From Hyphomicrobiaceae bacterium (GTDB taxonomy: Bacteria > Pseudomonadota > Alphaproteobacteria > Rhizobiales > Xanthobacteraceae): 64,000 bases of DNA. Made by a program: the position numbers and the translations under genes. How positions within the stretch are numbered: the first letter of the stretch is position 1; the number at the start of each line of letters is the position of its first letter. Where the stretch lies: assembly GCA_021324465.1 (NCBI GenBank), contig JAJPJB010000031.1:5307-69306 (forward strand), written 5' to 3'. The notes under the pieces are model-generated. The model worked only from the letters and a program-made list of their open reading frames with translations. It did not search any database and was not told the origin of the DNA. This document shows positions 37,395 to 46,363 of this stretch, piece after piece.

Positions 37395-38054
37395 TTATGA
37401 AACGAATGTCGCAATCGCCAACGGCAACTCGTTCATGGCAGCGATTACCCGTCTCGCGCCGACCGCCGCAAGACGCTGCGCGAGATCGGCAGTCCCATGG
37501 CTGGCACCGGTGAAGCCGATCGCGATCATGCCAGCCGCAACCGCCGCGGCGACGCCAAGTGGCGAATCCTCGACAACGACGCAGTCGCCCGGCGCCGCAG
37601 CCATGGTTCTGGCCGCGAGCAGATAGAGGTCGGGCGCGGGCTTGCCGTGCGCCACCTGCGTGGCGCTGAAGATGTGATCGCCGAAAAATGGTGCAAGCCC
37701 GGTCACCTCGAGCGACAGCCGGATGCGCTCGAATGTCGACGAGGACGCCACACACCGCCGGCAGGTCAATGCGGCGATTGCCTCCTGGACGCCGAAAACG
37801 GGTTTGAGTTCGTAGCGCAACCGTTTCGACAGGCGCTGCGCGTAGCGCAGCCCCACATTGTCGGGGATTTTCCGGCCCAAGATGTCTTCAGCGAGCGCCA
37901 GAACATCCGACAGGCTTCGACCGCCAAATATCTGCAGCGCCTGTTCGGCAGTCATTGCGCGACCCAGTTCGGTCATCATCTCTGCGAGCAGCGCGTTGGC
38001 GAGAATTTCGGAATCGACCAGCACGCCGTCGCAGTCGAAAATAGCCAGAGCCAT
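37395..38054 (-). CDS. HAD superfamily hydrolase (phosphoglycolate phosphatase/beta-phosphoglucomutase-like)
   Basis: MALAIFDCDGVLVDSE (DxDG motif I)...VVEDSPLGVAAAVAAGM. Start moved to ATG 38054. Confidence 0.8.
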   Translation of the reverse strand: MALAIFDCDGVLVDSEILANALLAEMMTELGRAMTAEQALQIFGGRSLSDVLALAEDILGRKIPDNVGLRYAQRLSKRLRYELKPVFGVQEAIAALTCRRCVASSSTFERIRLSLEVTGLAPFFGDHIFSATQVAHGKPAPDLYLLAARTMAAAPGDCVVVEDSPLGVAAAVAAGMIAIGFTGASHGTADLAQRLAAVGARRVIAAMNELPLAIATFVS

Positions 38055-38175
38055 GGAGCCGCCATTCGGAACCGCCAGTTGCGCGACGCAACGCCCGTTG
38101 CCGTTGTCCGCGCCATGCGGATAATCATAGTTCAGAATCCAGGCGGCTACGAAATCGCCCGGCGTGGAGGAATGC

Positions 38176-38535
38176 ATGGCTCGGCTTGCCAAAACGCTCG
38201 CATCCGGCGCGGCGCTGATCTTTGCCTGCGCGGTCGACGCATCGCCGCAGGCGGCCGAACTCAACGATTATCCGACCTCCGCGCGCGTCGACTACGTGTT
38301 CGGCTGCATGAAGGCCAACGGCGAGACCCGGCGTTCGCTCGAACAGTGCTCGTGCTCGATCGACGTCATCGCATCGATCCTGCCATATGATCGCTACGTC
38401 GCTGCGGAAACCGTGCTGCGGATGGTACAGGTACCAGGAATGCTCGGCGGCGAGTTCCGCTCGACGGACATCGCCAGAAACGCTGTCGAGGATCTGCGCC
38501 GCGCGCAGGCGGAAGCGGAAGTACGCTGCTTCTGA
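38176..38535 (+). CDS. Exported hypothetical protein with conserved-looking Cys pairs
   Basis: MARLAKTLASGAALIFACAVDASPQAAE leader after GGAGGA. GCMKANGETRRSLEQCSCSIDV...VRCF. No family recognised. Confidence 0.55.
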   Translation: MARLAKTLASGAALIFACAVDASPQAAELNDYPTSARVDYVFGCMKANGETRRSLEQCSCSIDVIASILPYDRYVAAETVLRMVQVPGMLGGEFRSTDIARNAVEDLRRAQAEAEVRCF

Positions 38536-38654
38536 ATGCGACGGCCCGCGCCAGAGCATTTTCCGGAAAAGTGAATACCGGTCTTCCCTAAGAAAATGCG
38601 ACAAAACAAAGAGCTGGGACGTTTTCAGAATCCATCGAATCGGAAAACGAAGGC

Positions 38655-39479
38655 TTACATTGCCGGTTCAGCCGGCCACTCGCCTTTGAAGACATGACCT
38701 TCGGTGTCGATCGCCTCGGCGCGGAAACTGGCGGCGCCATTTGGCATATACGAAAACCGGATGTTCGGATCTTCAGAGATTGATATGCCTCCGTCCATCT
38801 CGAGCAGCAGTTGATCGCCCTGCCAGATCCGCAGGTCGCGAACGATATACAGCGGTATGTAGAGCAGCGACACCGGATCACGCTGCAGGCCGGAATTGTT
38901 GGGATGGCGGATCATGATCTGCGCTTCGCGCAGGCCGTTGGCCGGTTCCGCGCCGGTTGGTCGCGCAAATTGCCGGAAACGCATTTGGCCGATATTGGCC
39001 TTGTCCCCGTCGCCGTTCTTTGCCATGGGCGCCGAGCAGCCGCCGGAAGCTTTGACGTAGGTCTGCACCATGTAAAGCTTTCCGTCGCTCAGCTCCGCGA
39101 CAGCGTGGACATTGGTGTAGGAGTTCACCCGCACGCGCGTCGAGATCATCGTCACACCGGGGCCCACCTTGAACGTCGCCGCGACAGGCGCTGGATTTTC
39201 GTCAATCACCAATGTGAAGGCCTTGGGCACGCGCGTGTCACCGGCCGGCAGCGTTGCGCGCAACGTGACCGGCACGATCGCGGCATCTTCGGCGCGCGCC
39301 GGCATCTCGATTGCAGTGAGACCTGTGCCATCGGCGAGCGGGCGACCGTCGAAGACGTCGCGCGCGAGATCCGGCCAAGGGTCGTCAGCTTCGGCCGCCG
39401 GGACAGATCGCGCAGCACCGACCGCAAGAGCGACCGCAAGGCCAATCATCACGACAGTTTGCAAGCGCGTGCGATTCAT
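38655..39479 (-). CDS. Quinoprotein dehydrogenase-associated SoxYZ-like fused carrier protein
   Basis: Signal MNRTRLQTVVMIGLAVALAVGAARSVPA. SoxY-like half ending in the carrier-type motif VKASGGCSAP, followed by a SoxZ-like half (IMIRHPNNSGLQ...YIPLYIVRDLRIWQGDQLLLEMDGGISISEDP). Confidence 0.75.
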   Translation of the reverse strand: MNRTRLQTVVMIGLAVALAVGAARSVPAAEADDPWPDLARDVFDGRPLADGTGLTAIEMPARAEDAAIVPVTLRATLPAGDTRVPKAFTLVIDENPAPVAATFKVGPGVTMISTRVRVNSYTNVHAVAELSDGKLYMVQTYVKASGGCSAPMAKNGDGDKANIGQMRFRQFARPTGAEPANGLREAQIMIRHPNNSGLQRDPVSLLYIPLYIVRDLRIWQGDQLLLEMDGGISISEDPNIRFSYMPNGAASFRAEAIDTEGHVFKGEWPAEPAM

Positions 39480-39518
39480 CGCCCCTTCTCCACTTTCCGC
39501 AGGCCGACGCCGCATCCC

Positions 39519-40571
39519 TTACTCCCACTCCAATTCGGAATAGGCCGCCGTAGCATTGCGCGCATTATAGTCGTCGAACAGCTGCCAGAGGGATTTTTCC
39601 GAAAGCCCGGCCGTCTGCGCGGCGGCGGCCAGCGGGACTCCGCGCTTGATCAAATCGCGACAATCGCTGGCCAGATGCTCGAGATAACCCTGTTCTGGGG
39701 CGAGTGCGGCCGGCCATTCGGCCATCGGTCCGTGTCCTGGGATGACCCGTTTTGCGCCAATTGCCTTCAAATCATCGATGGTCTTGAGCCAGCCGCGAAT
39801 GCTGCCATCGAGAACAGGTACGTGCTGCAAGAATACCAAATCGCCGGCGAACAGGGTTCCGCTGGTCTCATCGAGGACCGTGAGGTCGCTGTCACTGTGC
39901 GCTGCACGCCACGCTTTCAGTGCAAGACTTCTGTGCCCCAGATCGAGTCGCATTTCGCTTTCAACCGTCAATGTCGGAGGGACGACTTTGACCTCATCAA
40001 GCAGGCCTCCCATGCTGCGGCGAAACGCATCGAGATAGTATGGCCCGCGCTGCGCGAGCGCCCGTGGCAAGTTGACGTGACCGATAAAGACCGCGCGCGG
40101 TGCGAATGCTGCATTGCCGAACACGTGATCCGGATGAGCGTGGGTATTGATGACGTATTTGATGGGCTTATGCGTCACGTGACGGATGGCGGCCAGGAGC
40201 TGGCGCCCCTCCCGCACGCTGCCGCCGGTGTCAACGACCGCGACCGCGTCGTCACCGATCACAAAACCGACGTTGGCGATCGCGCCCTCGTTCTCCGCAG
40301 TCATTAGCGCGATCGCGCCAAAATGCACGTAATCGCCGTCAGCGACTTCAACGACACGCAGCGGCTCGGCTTGATCCTGCGAATAGGTCAGCGTTGCTGT
40401 CCCGACCAATGCGATTATCACGATCGCGACCGCTACCCGCGCCAGGCGGCCATATGACGATTGGACGAGCCTTCTGCGCTGGCGGTCGCTGCCCACGGTG
40501 CAACACTCCGAATGCGACAACGCGGCGGAATGTCGGGACCGCCGGCCACTGCGAATTGCTATTGCCTGCAA
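39519..40571 (-). CDS. Exported MBL-fold zinc metallohydrolase (SoxH-related, quinoprotein-associated type)
   Basis: [17 protein letters not shown] (HxHxDH motif)...VIPGHGP. Hydrophobic leader [22 protein letters not shown]. Exact start uncertain. Confidence 0.75.
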   Translation of the reverse strand: MQAIAIRSGRRSRHSAALSHSECCTVGSDRQRRRLVQSSYGRLARVAVAIVIIALVGTATLTYSQDQAEPLRVVEVADGDYVHFGAIALMTAENEGAIANVGFVIGDDAVAVVDTGGSVREGRQLLAAIRHVTHKPIKYVINTHAHPDHVFGNAAFAPRAVFIGHVNLPRALAQRGPYYLDAFRRSMGGLLDEVKVVPPTLTVESEMRLDLGHRSLALKAWRAAHSDSDLTVLDETSGTLFAGDLVFLQHVPVLDGSIRGWLKTIDDLKAIGAKRVIPGHGPMAEWPAALAPEQGYLEHLASDCRDLIKRGVPLAAAAQTAGLSEKSLWQLFDDYNARNATAAYSELEWE

Positions 40572-40817
40572 AAAAACGCGGGCATACTATTTGCGGAGGT
40601 TTTCGGCTTCAAGGACGCCAGCTTTTTAGGGAGGGCTGACGTTTCTTCGAAGGCTCAGTCGCGTTACGAGAGAAAAACCATTCCTCGCAACAGGCTGAAG
40701 CCGTGACACGCTGCCGGAAATGCTTCCCCAGGCATGGGTTTGCGCCGCGAGGCCGAGCTTGCTGTGGGCTTATTCGCGTCGGTGCATTCCCAGAGAAAGT
40801 CGAAGGGAGGACGCACG

Positions 40818-42626
40818 ATGCGTTATGTTTCACTTCCGCTTGGCACCTGCATAGGCATGCTTGCGGCGCTCGCCGCAGGTCACGTCTATGCCGACAGTGA
40901 TCTCGACAAGGCGGCACAAAACCCAAACAACTGGGCGATGCCCTCACTCACCTACGATGCTCAACGCTACTCGACACTCAAGCAGATTAATACCGGCAAC
41001 GTCGGCAAGCTGCAGGTGGCATGGACGTTCTCGACCGGCGTACTTCGCGGCCATGAAGGCGCTCCGCTGGTTATCGGCAACGTCATGTACGTCCATACGC
41101 CGTTTCCCAATAATGTTTTTGCTCTGGATCTGAACAACGACGGCAAGATCCTCTGGAAGTACGAGCCAAAGCAGGATCCGAACGTCATCCCGGTCATGTG
41201 CTGTGACACGGTCAATCGTGGACTATCCTATGGTGCCGGCAAGATTTTCCTTTACCAGGCCGACACTACCTTGGTTGCACTCGACGCCAAAACCGGCAAA
41301 GTCGCCTGGACCGCGAAAAATGGCGATCCAACGAAGGCGCAGACCGGCACGTCGGCGCCCTTTGTGATCAAGGACAAGGTACTTGTCGGCATTTCTGGCG
41401 GCGAGTTCGGCGTGCAATGCCACGTCACCGCATATGACATCAATACCGGCAAGCAGGTCTGGCGCGCCTTCTCGGAAGGACCGGACGATCAAATTCTGGT
41501 CGATCCCGAGAAGACCACCGCGCTCGGCAAGCCGATTGGCAAGGATTCGAGCATCAAGACCTGGCAAGGCGATCAGTGGAAGATCGGCGGCGGCTGCACC
41601 TGGGGCTGGATGGCCTACGATCCGCAGTTGAACCTGGTCTATTACGGTTCCGGCAATCCTTCGACTTGGAATCCGAAGCAGCGCCCCGGCGACAACAAAT
41701 GGTCGATGACCATCTGGGCGCGTAATCCGGATACCGGCATGGCCAAATGGGTCTATCAGATGACGCCGCACGACGAGTGGGATTACGACGGCGTCAACGA
41801 GATGATCCTCACCGATCAGCAAATCAACGGCCGGCAGCGCAAGCTGCTGACGCACTTCGATCGCAATGGTCTCGGCTATACTCTGGATCGCGAAACCGGC
41901 GAGCTTCTCGTCGCGCAGAAATACGATCCGAAGGTGAACTGGACCACTGGCGTCGACATGAACAAGAACTCGCCGACCTACGGCCGGCCCACTGTCGTGT
42001 CGCAATATTCAACCGACCAGAACGGCGAAGACCACAACACCAAAGGCATCTGCCCGGCCGCACTCGGATCGAAGGACGAGCAGCCGGCCGCTTATTCGCC
42101 GGAAACGCAGCTGTTCTACGTGCCGACCAACCACGTCTGCATGGACTACGAGCCGTTTAAGGTGAGCTACACGGCGGGACAGCCCTATGTCGGAGCCACG
42201 CTCTCGATGTACCCGCCCCCCGGTGACTCGAACATGGGCAATTTCATTGCCTGGGACGGCAAGACGGGAAAGATCGTCTGGTCCGATCCTGAGCTGTTCT
42301 CGGTGTGGTCCGGCGCGCTTGCGACCGCGGGCGGCGTGGTGTTCTACGGCACGCTGGAGGGCTACCTGAAAGCGGTCGACGCCAAGACGGGCAAGGAACT
42401 CTACAAGTTCAAGACTCCGTCTGGCATCATCGGCAACGTCATGACCTATATGCACAACGGCAAGCAGTACATTGCCGTGCTGTCGGGTGTCGGCGGCTGG
42501 GCCGGCATCGGTCTTGCGGCTGGCCTGACGGACCCGCACGCCGGCTTGGGCGCGGTAGGCGGCTATGCGGCGTTGAGCAACTACACGGCGCTTGGCGGGC
42601 AACTCACAGTCTTCGCGTTGCCTTGA
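40818..42626 (+). CDS. xoxF: Lanthanide-dependent PQQ methanol dehydrogenase, XoxF type
   Basis: ATG 40818 after GGGAGGA. Signal, then [20 protein letters not shown], vicinal Cys [10 protein letters not shown], and [14 protein letters not shown] (extra Asp of XoxF versus Ala in MxaF). No mxaI small subunit follows. Confidence 0.92.
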   Translation: MRYVSLPLGTCIGMLAALAAGHVYADSDLDKAAQNPNNWAMPSLTYDAQRYSTLKQINTGNVGKLQVAWTFSTGVLRGHEGAPLVIGNVMYVHTPFPNNVFALDLNNDGKILWKYEPKQDPNVIPVMCCDTVNRGLSYGAGKIFLYQADTTLVALDAKTGKVAWTAKNGDPTKAQTGTSAPFVIKDKVLVGISGGEFGVQCHVTAYDINTGKQVWRAFSEGPDDQILVDPEKTTALGKPIGKDSSIKTWQGDQWKIGGGCTWGWMAYDPQLNLVYYGSGNPSTWNPKQRPGDNKWSMTIWARNPDTGMAKWVYQMTPHDEWDYDGVNEMILTDQQINGRQRKLLTHFDRNGLGYTLDRETGELLVAQKYDPKVNWTTGVDMNKNSPTYGRPTVVSQYSTDQNGEDHNTKGICPAALGSKDEQPAAYSPETQLFYVPTNHVCMDYEPFKVSYTAGQPYVGATLSMYPPPGDSNMGNFIAWDGKTGKIVWSDPELFSVWSGALATAGGVVFYGTLEGYLKAVDAKTGKELYKFKTPSGIIGNVMTYMHNGKQYIAVLSGVGGWAGIGLAAGLTDPHAGLGAVGGYAALSNYTALGGQLTVFALP

Positions 42627-42656
42627 GATTACGCGAAGCTGAGAGAAAAATCCGTT

Positions 42657-42685
42657 CCGGCACGCCGTCAAAGACGGCGTGCCGG
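42657..42685 (+). promoter_or_regulatory. Perfect 13-bp stem/3-nt loop hairpin between xoxF and xoxG (intercistronic stabiliser/attenuator; no U-tract)
   Basis: CCGGCACGCCGTC-AAA-GACGGCGTGCCGG read directly, 31 nt after the xoxF stop. Confidence 0.6.
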
Positions 42686-42726
42686 AGATTAATCTGATTA
42701 ACCGCTAGCTGCGTAAGGAACCCTCC

Positions 42727-43251
42727 GTGAAATCATTTTTCGGCGCGGCCGCATTCGTGCTGGCCGCAATATTGCTTTGGACGGGAGTAGCGCGTGCGGA
42801 CGGATCAGGCGATCCAAAGGCGGTCAAGCAGGAGGATGGCAAGTACTACGACAAGGACGGCAATCCCACCTACAACGTAAAGCCCGACGGCACGGTTGAC
42901 TGGTACACCTATTCCGGCTTCATCCGGTACCATTCTGAGTGTCACGTCTGCCACGGGCCGGACGGACTGGGCTCGTCCTACGCGCCGGCGCTGGCCGACT
43001 CGCTCAAGACGATCGGCTACACCGATTTTCTGAGCATTGTTGCCAATGGTCGCAAGAACGTGAATACCGCGAACGAAAATGTGATGCCTGCGTTTGGCAC
43101 CAGCAAGAACGTGATGTGCGTCATCGACGACATCTATGTTTATCTGCGAGCCCGCGCTAACAATGCGGTCGGCCGCGGACGGCCCGAGAAACATGACGAC
43201 AAGCCGAAGTCGGCGGCGGAGGCACAGGACGCCTGCTTCGGAACCCAGTGA
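42727..43251 (+). CDS. xoxG: Cytochrome c-L family (XoxG/MxaG-type electron acceptor)
   Basis: GTG start, signal, heme motif CHVCHGPDGLGSSYAPAL, NVMPAFG Met region. Confidence 0.85.
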   Translation: MKSFFGAAAFVLAAILLWTGVARADGSGDPKAVKQEDGKYYDKDGNPTYNVKPDGTVDWYTYSGFIRYHSECHVCHGPDGLGSSYAPALADSLKTIGYTDFLSIVANGRKNVNTANENVMPAFGTSKNVMCVIDDIYVYLRARANNAVGRGRPEKHDDKPKSAAEAQDACFGTQ

Positions 43252-43263
43252 AAGGCACGCGCG

Positions 43264-44151
43264 ATGGCGAGAACAGCCCGGCATCGCATCTCGATCTGCG
43301 CCGCGGTGGCCTGCGCAGCGGCGACCGTCATCGCCGTGCCGCTCCCTTCGGCAGCTCAGCAGGGGGGGCCGGGTGAAGCGCTGGAATTGATCGATCCGGA
43401 CGTGCTGCGGGTATGCGCCGACCCGAACAATCTGCCGTTCTCCAATGAGAAGGGCGAAGGCTTTGAAAACAAGCTCGCCGAGTTGTTCGCGGCCAAGCTC
43501 AACAAGCGGCTCGCCTACACGTATTTTCCACAGGCCACGGGCTTCGTGCGCATGACTCTTGGTTCGCATCGGTGCGACGTCATCATGGGTTACCCGCAAG
43601 GCGGCGAGCTGGTGCAAAATACGAATCCCTATTACGAGACGGCTTATGCACTCGTCGCCAAGGCGGGCGGTCCGCTCGACGGGGTGAGTACCTTGGCTGA
43701 TGCGCGGCTCAAGGACAAACGACTCGGCATCATTGCCGGCACGCCGCCAGCCACGTATCTTGTTGCCGACGGGTTGATGGCGAAGGCCAAGCCGTATCCG
43801 CTCATGGTCGACACCCGGTTCGACTCCTCGGCCGTAACCATGATGAACGATCTCGCCTCAGGCGACATCGATGCCGGCGTGCTGTGGGGACCAATCGCAG
43901 GATATTATGCCGCCCGCGCAAATCCTCCGCTGCATGTGGCGCTGCTTCTCAAGGACACCGGCGGGCCGCATCTCGTTTACCACATCACCATGGGCGTCCG
44001 ACCATCCGATCAGAATTGGAAGAGACAGCTGAACCGGCTGATCGCCGAGAACCAACCCGCCATCAACAAGATACTGTTGGATTTCGGCGTGCCCATCCTT
44101 GACGAGCATGAGCAGCCGATCAGCGGCCATTCACTGAATCAAAAGCCATGA
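43264..44151 (+). CDS. xoxJ: MoxJ/XoxJ family periplasmic binding-protein-like protein
   Basis: LRVCADPNNLPFSNEKGEGFENKLAELFA...CDVIMGYPQG...GIIAGTPPA type-2 PBP fold typical of MxaJ/XoxJ. Confidence 0.85.
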   Translation: MARTARHRISICAAVACAAATVIAVPLPSAAQQGGPGEALELIDPDVLRVCADPNNLPFSNEKGEGFENKLAELFAAKLNKRLAYTYFPQATGFVRMTLGSHRCDVIMGYPQGGELVQNTNPYYETAYALVAKAGGPLDGVSTLADARLKDKRLGIIAGTPPATYLVADGLMAKAKPYPLMVDTRFDSSAVTMMNDLASGDIDAGVLWGPIAGYYAARANPPLHVALLLKDTGGPHLVYHITMGVRPSDQNWKRQLNRLIAENQPAINKILLDFGVPILDEHEQPISGHSLNQKP

Positions 44152-44717
44152 CGCGCCACGCCGTCGCGCTGGTCGGATCTATCGTGGTGGGAACGTGCAT
44201 TGTCGCGATTGCCGGTACACACGCACTCGGTCAAGGCGCGCCGCAAGAGCCGTCCGAGTATCGCATGCAGAATTACCGCGCGCCGACGCCGGCAACGTTG
44301 CGCGGCGCCCGCGTGGTCTCGACGGCAGAGGCCGAGAGGCTGTGGCAGGCTGGCGCAGGTTTCATCGACGTTCTGCCGCACGCGCCGCGCCCAGCCAGTT
44401 TGCCGTCCGGCACGATCTGGCAGGAAAAAGTGCGGCTCGATATTCCTGGGAGCATTTGGCTGCCGGATACCGGATACGGTGCGCTGGCAGCAGCGACTGA
44501 GAATTACCTGCGCAAAGGTCTTGAACGCCTTAGCAACGGCGACCACGCGAGGTGGCTGGTCTTCTATTGCCTCAGGGACTGCTGGATGTCTTGGAACGCC
44601 GCCAAGCGGGCTCTGACCATGGGTTATGAAAATGTCGCTTGGTATCCGGACGGTACCGACGGCTGGCAGGCCGCAGGACTTCCGCTGCAACAAGCCAAAC
44701 CGGCCGATCTCGAGTAG
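44148..44717 (+). CDS. PQQ-dependent catabolism-associated CXXCW-motif protein (rhodanese-like domain)
   Basis: ATGA overlap with xoxJ. Leader, then FIDVLPH...IPGSIWLP...LVFYCLRDCWMSWNAAKRA (C-x-x-C-W). Confidence 0.8.
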   Translation: MTRHAVALVGSIVVGTCIVAIAGTHALGQGAPQEPSEYRMQNYRAPTPATLRGARVVSTAEAERLWQAGAGFIDVLPHAPRPASLPSGTIWQEKVRLDIPGSIWLPDTGYGALAAATENYLRKGLERLSNGDHARWLVFYCLRDCWMSWNAAKRALTMGYENVAWYPDGTDGWQAAGLPLQQAKPADLE

Positions 44718-44726
44718 AGTTCCGTC

Positions 44727-45347
44727 TTAGTTCAGATTTTGTCGGATCGCTCGCGCCAGCGCGAACAGGCGCTGCTCGATCGTGGTCGGCACTTCACACA
44801 CATAGCGGATGGTCTTGCGTCGATCTTCGAATATGCGCGTGCTCCATTCGACCCGACTGGCAAGGTCGTTGACCTTTGACGGGTCCTGGTTCGGCTTGTC
44901 CTCGAGCCGGTGCAGGCTCTCCACGTCCGATTTGATCTTGTCCGCAAGCTCCTTCTCGTTCCGCGACACCCGTTCGATTCCGTCCATGATCTCGCTGCGC
45001 TGCTGGTTCAAAGTGTCGAACAATCCCGCGAAGAGCTTTGTCGCAGCGCTCTGTTTGTCACTGGGAGCGATTGCGGCCAAAAACTCGTCGATTGCCTTTT
45101 TGGCGGCATCGAGCGGGGTCCGGCGCGCGGCCAACAGGGCGACAAGATCCTTGATCTTGGGATCGTCCTGCCAGCTGTTGCCGACATCAGCGATTGACGG
45201 ACCGTCCCACATCGCCCCGACCGACAGCTCCGGCACTTTGGCCTGCACACAAGGCCAGTCAGGATAACGTGGATCGGCGGCGCGCGCGGCTGACGGCATT
45301 GCCGTCGCGAATATGGCCGAAACGAAAAGAACGCCGAGGCGATTCAT
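44727..45347 (-). CDS. Exported hypothetical protein, predicted coiled-coil, last gene of SBP/propeller operon
   Basis: MNRLGVLFVSAIFATAMPSAARA after GGAG. PDWPCVQAKVPE...heptad-like charged C-terminal half...YVCEVP. No family recognised. Confidence 0.6.
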   Translation of the reverse strand: MNRLGVLFVSAIFATAMPSAARAADPRYPDWPCVQAKVPELSVGAMWDGPSIADVGNSWQDDPKIKDLVALLAARRTPLDAAKKAIDEFLAAIAPSDKQSAATKLFAGLFDTLNQQRSEIMDGIERVSRNEKELADKIKSDVESLHRLEDKPNQDPSKVNDLASRVEWSTRIFEDRRKTIRYVCEVPTTIEQRLFALARAIRQNLN

Positions 45348-45374
45348 CGTCCACTCCAGAAAGCGCGGCACTCG

Positions 45375-46343
45375 TCAGCGGTCGGAGATCGTGACTCCCC
45401 AAGGCTGCTCGCCGACCTGGATCGTGTTCACCACCTTCAAAGCCCCGACATCGATGACCGAAACATCGTTCGACACGCCGTTGGTCGTCAGCAGATATTT
45501 CTCGTCAGGCGTGAATGCCATGTGCCAGACGCGCTCTCCGACCAGGAGATATTTCTTGACTTCATGTGTCGTGCCGTCGACCACCGCGACATGGTTCGAC
45601 GGCCCGAGCGCAACAAAACCGATCTTGCCATCGCGGGTCAGGTTTATGCCAACCGCCTGGATCGGCTCCGGGCGCATGCCGGCGATCGCAAAGGAAATCT
45701 TCTTTTTGATCGCATGCTTGACCGGATCGATAACGCTGACAGTTCCGCCGATCTCAGACGATACCCAAAGCTCCGAGCCGTCCTGCTTGAAGGCAGCGAA
45801 CCGCGGGCGCGCGTCGACCAGCACGCTCGCCACTACTTGGCGCGTGGCTGTGTCGATAAAATGCGCCATGTTTGTGGTTTCGGACGTATTGATGAGGATC
45901 TTGCCGTCAGGACTTACTGCCATGCCCTCTGGCTCGACGCCGACTTGTACATCACCAACCTGCGCGCGGCGGGCGATGTCGATGATGGTGACAGTGTTGT
46001 CGTCCTCATTCGCGACGTAAAGGAATTTTCCGTCCGGACCCTGAGTAAAAAATTCCGGATCGGGGCCAGACGGCAGCTTGTCGACTACTTCATTCGTTGT
46101 GGTATCGATCATCTGAATCGTGTCGTCGTCGCCGACCGCGACGAGCACGTATTTCTGATCCTTGGTATAGGCGATGCCGCGCGGCCGCTGGCCGACTTTG
46201 ATAGTCTTCGTCACGGCCCATTTCTCGGTATCGATGACGGACACCGTGTTGCTCTTCTCGTTCGAGACATAGGCGGTGAAGGCGCCGGCCTCGCCCGCAA
46301 GCAGCGCGCTGAGTGCCATACCGAGTACAAGCCGAAGCCACAT
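45375..46343 (-). CDS. YVTN-type beta-propeller protein (PQQ-dependent catabolism-associated)
   Basis: MWLRLVLGMALSALLAGEAGA. Repeated YVSNEKSNTVSVID / YVANEDDNTVTIID / WVSSEIGGTVSVID / LLTTNGVSNDVSVID blades. Confidence 0.8.
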   Translation of the reverse strand: MWLRLVLGMALSALLAGEAGAFTAYVSNEKSNTVSVIDTEKWAVTKTIKVGQRPRGIAYTKDQKYVLVAVGDDDTIQMIDTTTNEVVDKLPSGPDPEFFTQGPDGKFLYVANEDDNTVTIIDIARRAQVGDVQVGVEPEGMAVSPDGKILINTSETTNMAHFIDTATRQVVASVLVDARPRFAAFKQDGSELWVSSEIGGTVSVIDPVKHAIKKKISFAIAGMRPEPIQAVGINLTRDGKIGFVALGPSNHVAVVDGTTHEVKKYLLVGERVWHMAFTPDEKYLLTTNGVSNDVSVIDVGALKVVNTIQVGEQPWGVTISDR

Positions 46344-46363
46344 CGTTCCGATCTCCCGCATGA

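Noticed and set aside
40818-42626. Possibility that the PQQ dehydrogenase is Ca-dependent MxaF
   Set aside because: The active-site motif reads DYD (XoxF type) rather than the MxaF Ala-containing version, and no mxaI or mxaACKL genes follow.
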